DNA of 32,483 nucleotides from Desulfobacteraceae bacterium UBA5852 (GTDB lineage: Bacteria > Desulfobacterota > Desulfobacteria > Desulfobacterales > UBA5852): positions 858-33,340 of the forward strand of contig DJGG01000183.1 of the NCBI GenBank assembly GCA_002432195.1, written 5' to 3'. The notes beneath the pieces are model-generated. The model saw only the letters and a list, made by a program, of their open reading frames with translations. It did no database searches and was not told the DNA's origin. Shown in pieces: positions 1 through 11,060 of the stretch (positions within the stretch are counted from its first letter, which is position 1; the number at the start of each line of letters is the position of its first letter). A program made the translations under genes and the position numbers.

Positions 1-236
1 TCGCGGCAAACGGCCCCGGCCTGGGTGACCTGTTCCATCCCACGACGCAGGAGCTCCTCCCCGGAAATTTTGAACAAGCTGAAATAATTATCGATATGCG
101 CTTTGTACAGGCTGCTTTGCTGAATCTGGCCCAGCACCAGGACGGTGGCTTTCCGGCGCGCGGCATGAACCGCCGCCTGGAGGCCGGCAGGCCCGGTTCC
201 CAGAATGATCACATCAAAGCTTGTCGGGGCGCTCAT
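1..236 (-). CDS. FAD-dependent pyridine nucleotide-disulfide oxidoreductase (thioredoxin reductase-like), N-terminal part, runs off the window edge
   Basis: Manual translation from ATG at 236: MSAPTSFDVIILGTGPAGLQAAVHAARRKATVLVLG...HIDNYF. Rossmann GxGPAG motif; AGGAGGT RBS (ACCTCCT at 241-247 on +). Not in the supplied ORF track. Confidence 0.8.
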   Translation of the reverse strand, partial: MSAPTSFDVIILGTGPAGLQAAVHAARRKATVLVLGQIQQSSLYKAHIDNYFSLFKISGEELLRRGMEQVTQAGAVCR

Positions 237-453
237 GGGCACCTCCTTTTCTGCGGAAAACGTTGGTTGCGACGATCATCATACGCACGACCGTCCGGCA
301 TGTCAGGGCCTCTCCGCCTGCCGGGGGTGCATGGAGTTCTTTTTCCGACCCTGGAATCGTGGTATAGGACCGGTCAACCAGGGTGCTCACCCGCCGCATC
401 ACCGCGGATCAAACCTCCTGCCGGAGGCAAACCGTTTCGAGTTGGGGCGCCAC

Positions 454-1281
454 ATGCAACATCAGCACATGGAACAGCCAATCGGATTCATCGGTGCGGG
501 CAACATGGCGGAGGCTATGATTCGCGGGCTGTTGAACGGCAAGGTGCGGGGCTCGTCCGACATCACGGCCTCGGACGTAAACCCCGCACGCCGGGACATG
601 ATGGAACGGACCTATGGGATCCACACCACGGCCGACAACCTGGCACTGGTACAAGGCGCCGAGGTCATCGTTCTGGCGGTGAAGCCCCAAGTGGCGCACG
701 CGGTGCTGGACGTCATTCGGCCCGCCACCGGCCCTCCCAAACTACTGATTTCCATCGTCGCGGGTCTCACCATCGGCGCCATGGCCGAGCGCCTCCAGGC
801 CGGCACCCGCATCATCCGCACGGTGCCCAATACCCCCGTGTTTGTCGGCGAGGGCATGGTGGCCATCGCCCCCGGCGCCACGGCGACCCCCGCGGACATG
901 GAAGTGGTGGAGGCCATTTTCGGTCCCGTGGCCCGCACCGCCGCCCTGGAGGAAAAACTCATGGATGCGGCCCTGGGCGTATCCGGTTCCGGACCCGCCT
1001 ATATTTTCCTGGTGATCGAGGCTTTGGCCGACGGAGGGGTCAAGATGGGGCTGCCCAAGCCGCTGGCCCTGACCTTGGCGGCCCAAACCGTTCTGGGCGC
1101 GGCCCGCATGTGCCTCGAGATGGGCAGACACCCCGCCGAGCTCAAGGACATGGTCACCTCCCCCGGCGGCACCACCATTGCCGCGCTGCACGAGTTGGAG
1201 AAGGGGGCCATGCGTGCGGCCTTGATCAGTGCCGTGGAGGCGGCCGCACGACGGGCCGAGGAACTCGGCCGCCTGGGGTAG
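454..1281 (+). CDS. proC: pyrroline-5-carboxylate reductase
   Basis: IGFIGAGNMAEA, LAVKPQ, RTVPNTP, SGSGPAY and VTSPGGTT motifs. Start is ATG 454 or 469, not 205. Confidence 0.95.
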   Translation: MQHQHMEQPIGFIGAGNMAEAMIRGLLNGKVRGSSDITASDVNPARRDMMERTYGIHTTADNLALVQGAEVIVLAVKPQVAHAVLDVIRPATGPPKLLISIVAGLTIGAMAERLQAGTRIIRTVPNTPVFVGEGMVAIAPGATATPADMEVVEAIFGPVARTAALEEKLMDAALGVSGSGPAYIFLVIEALADGGVKMGLPKPLALTLAAQTVLGAARMCLEMGRHPAELKDMVTSPGGTTIAALHELEKGAMRAALISAVEAAARRAEELGRLG

Positions 1282-1344
1282 CCGCCATCTGTGCCCAAGC
1301 CCCTGTCAGAGGCCCTGAAACCGCTTCCCACGGGAGGACATGGC

Positions 1345-1545
1345 ATGCCGCGCTGGATCAAGATGATCTCCAACCTGGTGGTTTTCATCGCGGGCGCCGC
1401 CGCGTTGGTGCACACCAATTTCTGGGATTGGAACCGGATTCCGGGGCTGGTGATGCCCATCGGGGCCACCCTGTTCCTGCTCTACCTTCTGGTGCTGCTG
1501 GCACTGGGCGCCCGGAGCGATCCGCCGACCGATACGCACCACTGA
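1345..1545 (+). CDS. small two-TM membrane protein (66 aa), hypothetical
   Basis: GGAGG at 1333-1337 before ATG 1345. Two hydrophobic segments (LVVFIAGAAALV; LVMPIGATLFLLYLLVLLALG). Fills the gap after proC. Confidence 0.65.
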   Translation: MPRWIKMISNLVVFIAGAAALVHTNFWDWNRIPGLVMPIGATLFLLYLLVLLALGARSDPPTDTHH

Positions 1546-1637
1546 GACCCTCCCCCCCCCGCTGCCTCCGTGGGCTCGCGACGGCCGCACCCGCTGGATC
1601 GCCCGCGGAGGGCAGCACTGAAGCCGGCGCGGACGCT

Positions 1638-4600
1638 TCAGAAAAGCTTGAGTTGTGCCCGCCGCGTCCCACGAAGCCCCTTCCATGACGGATCGACATG
1701 GTCTCGCAACCGGCGGTCGATGTCCAGCACGTAGGGCGAGATCGACCTGGAGGCCAGACGGCCGTGGAGGCGGCGCTGGCGGGCCCAGGTGAGATAGAGG
1801 CGCTCCCTGGCGCGCGTCATAGCCACGTAGAAGAGCCGACGCTCCTCGTCAGGGTTCTCGATCGCACCTCCTTCACGGCGCAGGGGCAGCCAGCCGTCTT
1901 CACACCCCACCACAAAAACCACGCGAAATTCCAACCCTTTGGCGGCATGAATGGTCATCAGGGAGACTTTCTCGGCCTCAGGGCGATAAAGGTCCGCGTC
2001 CCGGTTAAGCGCCAGGCAGCGGCAGAAGGCTCCGGGGTCCCCGTCGACCTCCCGAACCTTGAAGGCCAGGGCCTCCATGGCATCCTGGTAGCTCTCCGAG
2101 GCAGCCATGCGCTCCGCCAATCCGGTCCGGTCGGCAATGGCCATAAGGGCCGGCCACAGGGTCATCCCCGCAAGATCGGCTCGCCAGGCGGCCAGGGTTG
2201 CGGCCCACTCCACCACGCGGCGCTGCTGTGGCGGCTTGAGACCCGGAACGTGCCGGCAAACGGCCAGGGCCAAGGCCGAGGGCAGGTCCAATCCCTGGTC
2301 CGCGATCCAGAGGCATAGGGCGTCCACGATGGCGCGGGTCAAGGTCGGCGGCACCACGGCCGCCGCATGCCCCAGGTCCCCCAACCCCCCCTGCCCGTGG
2401 AGGAGCCGGTAGGTCCCTAATATTTCCGCCACCCCGTCGCGGAGGAAAATGCGCTCGCGGCTGGCGTGCTGGCAGGGGATGCCGGCCTCCCGAAATATGC
2501 GCTCCAGAATCTCGGCTTGGACGGATGTGCGGAATAGCACGGCAAAATCGGCAAAACTGCACGCCTGCACGCCTTCATCGCCCCGGGCTTTGCCGACATC
2601 CAGGGCAAAAAAACCGGTCCCACCCACCAGGCTCTCGATCTGTTTGCCCACGGCCACCGCCTCCGACACCTCGCTGGGCAGTTCCAGCACGTCCACCTGG
2701 GGCACGCCCTGGCGGCAGGCCACGAGGCGCTCGCGCGAGGCCAAGCCGTCCGATGTCCGGGGCTGTTGTTTGCCGATCACGTGCCAGGATGCCTCCAGAA
2801 TGGCCGGGGACGACCGGTAGTTGTGGGTTAGTCGGACAAGCGTGGCGGTGGGGTAGTCTTCCATGAAGCTTTTGAAATACCCGCTGTCCGCTCCCCGAAA
2901 GCCGTAGATGGCCTGGTCGGGGTCCCCGATCACGCTCAAGGCCACGCCCTGCGGACAGAGCGCCCGGATCAGGCGGTACTGACCGTGGTTGAGGTCCTGA
3001 TACTCATCCACGAGGACATGCGTGAAGCGCCTCCGGCATTGGGCGGCGTATTCCGGATCGGATTCCAGACGGTGCACCACGGCGGCGATGATATCCTCGA
3101 AATCCATGGCTCCAAGAGCCACCAGCAGGCGCTGGTATTCGCCAAAGGCACGCGCCAGAAGCGCCATGCGCGAATCTGCCGCCACCGGGGAGAAAACACT
3201 CCGGTGATCCTGGAGACCCTGTTTGACCGTCTCGATCTCCCGCATCAACCCCTCGACATGGGTCTCGGCTCCCAGGCCCTCCTCCCGCAGGCGGCGCAGG
3301 ATCAGCTGTATCGCCAACCGACGCTCCTCGTCGTCGATGATGCGGCGCGCGGGCCCTGAATCCTCCTGCAGCAACCGCAGACCGAAGGCATGAAAGGTGG
3401 CCGTCAACGGCAGGGCGGCCTCATCCAGCAGATTTTCCAGGCGTTGACGCATCTCGGCGGCGGCCTTGGCGGTGAAGGTGATCCCCAGGAGGCGCCGGGG
3501 ATCCACCGCGGCCTCCCGGATCAACCAGGCCATGCGGCGGGTCAGAGTACTGGTCTTGCCGGTTCCCGGGCCGGCCACGATCATCAGCGGCCCCCCCAGG
3601 TGTTCGATGGCCCGGCGTTGGGATGCATTGGGCTCCCAGGCGCCCGGGGAGGCAAACGGCGCGCCGGGCATGGAAACAGCCGCCGGGAGGGGGCTTGCCG
3701 GTTGAAGCCTCGGCGTCTTGCCGGGCGCACTCCCCGTCACCGCTGAAGGGCACGGAGCTGGTCTGAACAGGAACCGCTGTCCTTCCAGGCGGCGGCGCTC
3801 ATCGGCATCGAAAATGGCCATACGACCGTATTCGCCGTCATAACCGGCCGCCAAGCGGATCTCTCCGGCGCGCATGCGCCGGATGGCCTCTCCCAACAAG
3901 GGTATGCCAACCTGATCGATGGAAGCGGGGTCGCAATCCAACAGAATAGTCCTTTCATTGCCCAGCGTGGCCAGCAGGATTTCCCATGCCTGATGGACTT
4001 TGCGGGTACCGGGCCCCACCTGCAGGACCTCCGCCAGGATATCCGCCAGGGGGACCACCCGGTGGAACGGCGCCACATACGCCCCGGCGTCCGCCGTCCC
4101 GCGATCCGCCAACGCCTCCACCCGGTGGAGCACCCCGAGGGTCAACGGTTGGCCGCACTTGGGACACTGACCGCCCAGGGCCCGGGTCGCTTCCGGGGTC
4201 AATCGCACCCCGCACTTGCGATGGCCGTCCAGATGGTATTTGCCTTCCTCGGGATAGAATTCATCGGTCCCCAGGAACAGCGGCGGGCATCCCTGGCGCA
4301 GGGCGCGCCGGATGCCGGGAAAACTCAACTCGGTGTCGAGCCGGTTGGCTTCCCGTCCCAACTTGGAGGGGGAATGCGCGTCGGAATTGGAAATGAGCGT
4401 CAGGTGGTCCAGACGCGAGACCCTACGGTTCATGGCTGGGTCGGAGGAGAGCCCCGTTTCCACGGCAAAGATGTGATGGGCCAGATCCCCGAAACATTCC
4501 TCCAGGCCATCAAAGCCCGACTTGGAACCAAGGAGGGAAAACCAGGGCGTCCAGATGTGGGCGGGTACGAGATAGGCCTCGTCGTGGCTCCGCAACACGA

Positions 4601-5048
4601 TTTCCAGAAGGTTGCGGGCATCCAGACCCAGGATCGGACGCCCGTCGGAGGCGATGTTGCCGATGCGCTCCAATTCGCGGTTGAAGCGTGCGGCGGTCTC
4701 CAGGTCGGGAAGGAATACCAGGTTGTGGTTTTTGCGGGTCAGGCCGTCTTTTTTATAGATATTGCTGATTTCCGCCGTGAGGACAAAGCGCACCGGGGCG
4801 CGACAGGCGGAGGAAACCCGACGGTCACCTTCGGCTTCCAGGTCTGCGCGCAAGCGGAACAGGCCCTCTTCGGCGGGTCGCAGCTTTTCCCGGAGTTCCG
4901 CCATCCACGCGGGATGGGTGGCATCGCCGGTACCCACCACCGTGAGGCCCTTCTGCTGGGCCGCCATGTAGAGATGCTCGAGATCCAGGTTTTTGGCTGT
5001 TGCCCGGGAGTACTTGGAATGTATATGCAAATCCGCCATGAACGGCAT
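1638..5048 (-). CDS. endonuclease Q-family (PHP + Zn finger) domain fused to UvrD/PcrA SF1 helicase
   Basis: N-terminal: DLHIHSKYS, GTGD, PAHIWTPWFS, ETGLSSD, SNSDAHS, GKYHLDGHRKC..CPKC, GYDGEYG. C-terminal: AGPGTGKT, TFT, TFHA, VDEYQD, GDPDQAIYGFRGA, NYRS, TIHAAKGLEF, EERRLFYVAMTRA. Start taken at MPFMADLH. Confidence 0.92.
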   Translation of the reverse strand: MPFMADLHIHSKYSRATAKNLDLEHLYMAAQQKGLTVVGTGDATHPAWMAELREKLRPAEEGLFRLRADLEAEGDRRVSSACRAPVRFVLTAEISNIYKKDGLTRKNHNLVFLPDLETAARFNRELERIGNIASDGRPILGLDARNLLEIVLRSHDEAYLVPAHIWTPWFSLLGSKSGFDGLEECFGDLAHHIFAVETGLSSDPAMNRRVSRLDHLTLISNSDAHSPSKLGREANRLDTELSFPGIRRALRQGCPPLFLGTDEFYPEEGKYHLDGHRKCGVRLTPEATRALGGQCPKCGQPLTLGVLHRVEALADRGTADAGAYVAPFHRVVPLADILAEVLQVGPGTRKVHQAWEILLATLGNERTILLDCDPASIDQVGIPLLGEAIRRMRAGEIRLAAGYDGEYGRMAIFDADERRRLEGQRFLFRPAPCPSAVTGSAPGKTPRLQPASPLPAAVSMPGAPFASPGAWEPNASQRRAIEHLGGPLMIVAGPGTGKTSTLTRRMAWLIREAAVDPRRLLGITFTAKAAAEMRQRLENLLDEAALPLTATFHAFGLRLLQEDSGPARRIIDDEERRLAIQLILRRLREEGLGAETHVEGLMREIETVKQGLQDHRSVFSPVAADSRMALLARAFGEYQRLLVALGAMDFEDIIAAVVHRLESDPEYAAQCRRRFTHVLVDEYQDLNHGQYRLIRALCPQGVALSVIGDPDQAIYGFRGADSGYFKSFMEDYPTATLVRLTHNYRSSPAILEASWHVIGKQQPRTSDGLASRERLVACRQGVPQVDVLELPSEVSEAVAVGKQIESLVGGTGFFALDVGKARGDEGVQACSFADFAVLFRTSVQAEILERIFREAGIPCQHASRERIFLRDGVAEILGTYRLLHGQGGLGDLGHAAAVVPPTLTRAIVDALCLWIADQGLDLPSALALAVCRHVPGLKPPQQRRVVEWAATLAAWRADLAGMTLWPALMAIADRTGLAERMAASESYQDAMEALAFKVREVDGDPGAFCRCLALNRDADLYRPEAEKVSLMTIHAAKGLEFRVVFVVGCEDGWLPLRREGGAIENPDEERRLFYVAMTRARERLYLTWARQRRLHGRLASRSISPYVLDIDRRLRDHVDPSWKGLRGTRRAQLKLF

Positions 5049-5199
5049 AGAATCACCCCGCCGGGATCTCGGGTTGCGCTGGTGGTCCGGCCGCGCCGGC
5101 AAAATCCGCCCGCTACCGTCACGTCAATGTCTGCCGCAGCCCCTCCGGACCTCGGCATCCGCCCGAAGACCTGAATAGGCTTGAATAATGACACCGGAT

Positions 5200-5247
5200 A
5201 AGCTATATATACTTATTTCAATTACCTTTGAATACAACATCTTGTAT
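5200..5247. promoter_or_regulatory. tandem NrdR-box-like operators in the divergent endoQ-uvrD / rdgC promoter region
   Basis: ATACAACATCTTGTAT (5232-5247, within palindrome GAATACAA-catc-TTGTATTC) and AAGCTATATATACTTA (5200-5215) resemble acaCwAtATaTwGtgt. The starts are 32 bp apart. Confidence 0.65.
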
Positions 5248-5285
5248 TCGGCCCCCCAAGGACGGGGAGCCAGAATGGGTTTGCC

Positions 5286-5900
5286 ATGGGCCTGCTGTCA
5301 TCTTCCGTGTCCCTCACGCGCTATCGCGTAGAGGGGCAATTCCCCGACCCGGTCATCGACTCGGTAACCGGAGCGCTCGCTAAAAACATGTTCACCGAAA
5401 TCGAAGACCCCGCGGCCAGCAAGGCCATGGGCTGGACTTCCTTTACGGATCCCTACCGGCCGGATTTCAGCGGTTCGTCGTTCATCATCGACACCTTGTT
5501 CGTTTTTTCCCTGCGCATCGACAAAAAATCAATCCCCTCCAAGGTATTCAAGAAGCATTATACCATGGAAGTGGCTCGACAGCTGGCGGAAAGCGGGCGA
5601 CAGTTCCTTTCCCGGGAGGAGAAGACCGCCGCCCGTGAGCACGTCATGACCGTTTTGCAAACGCGCATGCCGGCGACCCCGAACCTCTACGATGTCGTCT
5701 GGAACTACGAGCGCCAGCAACTCTGGTTTTTTTCCAACCTGAAAAGCGCCAACGAGGACCTCGAGACCCTCTTCGTGCGCTCTTTCCGGATGAGCCTGAT
5801 ACGCCTTTTCCCCTATACGGCCGCTTTTTTCAACCCGGACCTGCCGGATACGGGCCGCGATGTCCTGGCCAAAATCACGCCGACCCGTTTCGTGGAGTAG
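5286..5900 (+). CDS. rdgC: RdgC-family protein, N-terminal half
   Basis: LTRYRV..LAKNMF..KAMGW..LRIDKKSIPSKV..LSREEK..EDLETLFVRSF parallels the first ~170 aa of E. coli RdgC (YRL..AKMGW..RKEEKILPSPV..KKTEK..EDTLALLRKSL), by-eye comparison. Confidence 0.8.
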   Translation: MGLLSSSVSLTRYRVEGQFPDPVIDSVTGALAKNMFTEIEDPAASKAMGWTSFTDPYRPDFSGSSFIIDTLFVFSLRIDKKSIPSKVFKKHYTMEVARQLAESGRQFLSREEKTAAREHVMTVLQTRMPATPNLYDVVWNYERQQLWFFSNLKSANEDLETLFVRSFRMSLIRLFPYTAAFFNPDLPDTGRDVLAKITPTRFVE

Positions 5901-5906
5901 CCCATC

Positions 5907-6455
5907 ATGATGGATGTATCTGCGGCCTATCGCCGTTATCAGTTCCTGGGGGGTGAATTTCTGACCTGGCTCTGGTTTGTTATCGAAACCGAGCCTGACT
6001 CCCTGCGGGGCATCGACCCCGATTTGCTTTCCCTGGAGATCGGCAACCGCATGGTGCTGGAGCGCCGCCCCCAGCGGGGCGGCCTGGAAACCGTGACCAT
6101 CAAGGGGGACCACGCCGGCATGGAAGAAGGACTGCTGGCGGTGCGCAAAGGTGCCCTGGTGGCGGAGATGAACCTGGTGTTCACCGCCGGCGAACATCAA
6201 TGGCACTTTTCCCTAAAAGGGGAGAGCCTGAACATCTCCGGTCTCAAGGTGCCGGAAACCGCCCCCATGGAATCCACCGAGGAGGTCGAGGGCGCGGTGA
6301 TCGACAAGACCTTCCTGTGCGACCGCATCGTGCAGTTGGTGGATAACCTCTATCGCCGGTTCATCGGCCTGCGGCTGGGCAGCGGGTGGTCCGAGACCCT
6401 GGTCCCCCGCATGCGCAAATGGATCGTGGACGAAACCGGTATGTCGACATCCTGA
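5907..6455 (+). CDS. RdgC-like C-terminal half encoded as a separate protein
   Basis: FLGGEFLTWLWF..MEEGLLAVRKGALVAEMNL..LNISGLKV parallels the RdgC C-half (LTEW..SEEITNHIEAGKVVTKLAL..LKRLKF). Own GGAG RBS at 5894-5897. Confidence 0.7.
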   Translation: MMDVSAAYRRYQFLGGEFLTWLWFVIETEPDSLRGIDPDLLSLEIGNRMVLERRPQRGGLETVTIKGDHAGMEEGLLAVRKGALVAEMNLVFTAGEHQWHFSLKGESLNISGLKVPETAPMESTEEVEGAVIDKTFLCDRIVQLVDNLYRRFIGLRLGSGWSETLVPRMRKWIVDETGMSTS

Positions 6456-6463
6456 TGACATGG

Positions 6464-6645
6464 TGTTGACAACCGGGGGGTTTTCAACAGCCCAGGCCCG
6501 GGGGTTGAAAACTCCGTGTGCGCCTTGCGTCCGCCAACCGGCTATTGGATGGCGCCAAGACACAAAAAATGTATGATACTGGATAGATAAAAGGTTATTA
6601 ACAATATTGACAGCGTATCTTTCTCATCATCCTTTTTTCTAAAGG
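6464..6645. other. candidate chromosomal replication origin (oriC) upstream of dnaN
   Basis: Very AT-rich spacer in a GC-rich window. DnaA-box-like 9-mers TTGTCAACA (6464-6472, -), TTTTCAACA (6481-6489), TTTTCAACC (6503-6511, -), and tandem TTATTAACA/ATATTGACA (6595-6612), followed by GCG and a 3-nt periodic tract (6617-6637). Confidence 0.6.
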
Positions 6646-6652
6646 AAAAAAA

Positions 6653-10200
<3,548 letters not shown>

Positions 10201-10240
10201 TGCGCCGATGGTCGCGAAAACCGAGGATTTGGAGCCGGGA

Positions 10241-11032
10241 ATGAAGATTCACTCCATCGCGGCCCGGGATCTTCCCGATCTCTGGTTCCAGGCGGTTCAC
10301 GATATTCTGGATCACGGTGGGCGCTTCGTCATCGACCGCGGATCCTACGCGGGCCAGACCCGTCTGGAATACGATTTCTTCATCGGCCACGTGCGCCACC
10401 CCGGCACCCAGCCCTTGATCCCCGATATCCCGCCTTCCTGCGGGATTCCCAATCCCGTGGAATACGATTACATCTACGGTGGGGGCGGATACGAGCGATC
10501 CTACATCGAATACCTCATGACCCCTCACAAGGAGCCCGGCGAGTCCTACACGTACGGCGAACGCCTGACCCGAGTGCCCTTGGAGGGCGACAAGCTGAGT
10601 TGGTGGGATAAGCGTCAGAAAGAGATCATCGACCGACGCGAGGTGGATGGCAAAGTGGTTTTCGAGGAGGGGGGACGCCTCTATCTCAACCAGATCGAGT
10701 GGATCATCGATACCTATCGGCGCTTCGGCCACCGGAACAACCAGATGGTGCTGCAGGTAGCGCACCCCTCGGATGTCACCCTGGTGGACCCCCCCTGTCT
10801 GCGGTCCATCGACACCCGGATTCAGGACGGGCGACTCAATTTTTTCGTCTATTTCCGCTCATGGGATCTGTGGGGAGGATTGCCGGCCAACCTGGCCGGC
10901 ATCCAAAACCTCAAGGAGTACATGGCCGGGGAGATCGGGGTCGCGGATGGCGAAATGATCGTGGAGAGCAAGGGTCTCCACCTTTACGGATATGCCGAGG
11001 AACTGGCCAAGCTGCGCTGCCTGCGCAGTTGA
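10241..11032 (+). CDS. thyA: thymidylate synthase-like protein, archaeal-type ThyA fold
   Basis: YTYGERL, NQIEWII, DPPCL (catalytic Cys), YFRSWD, PANL and GLHLY. GGAG at 10231-10234 favours ATG 10241 over 10208. Confidence 0.8.
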   Translation: MKIHSIAARDLPDLWFQAVHDILDHGGRFVIDRGSYAGQTRLEYDFFIGHVRHPGTQPLIPDIPPSCGIPNPVEYDYIYGGGGYERSYIEYLMTPHKEPGESYTYGERLTRVPLEGDKLSWWDKRQKEIIDRREVDGKVVFEEGGRLYLNQIEWIIDTYRRFGHRNNQMVLQVAHPSDVTLVDPPCLRSIDTRIQDGRLNFFVYFRSWDLWGGLPANLAGIQNLKEYMAGEIGVADGEMIVESKGLHLYGYAEELAKLRCLRS

Positions 11033-11060
11033 GGGAATGGCGGCGCAAGCCCGCCCTGGG

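Noticed and set aside
96-1688. 530-aa ORF overlapping proC
   Set aside because: Arg/Gly/His-rich off-frame shadow of a GC-rich gene, with no motifs. The same applies to other long alternative ORFs (e.g. 8167-9507, 26330-27436, 28579-29880).
6477-6515. Inverted repeat GGGGTTTTCAAC...GTTGAAAACTCC as rdgC terminator
   Set aside because: 15-nt loop and no following U-tract. Better explained as opposed DnaA-box-like sites, though a hairpin role is not excluded.
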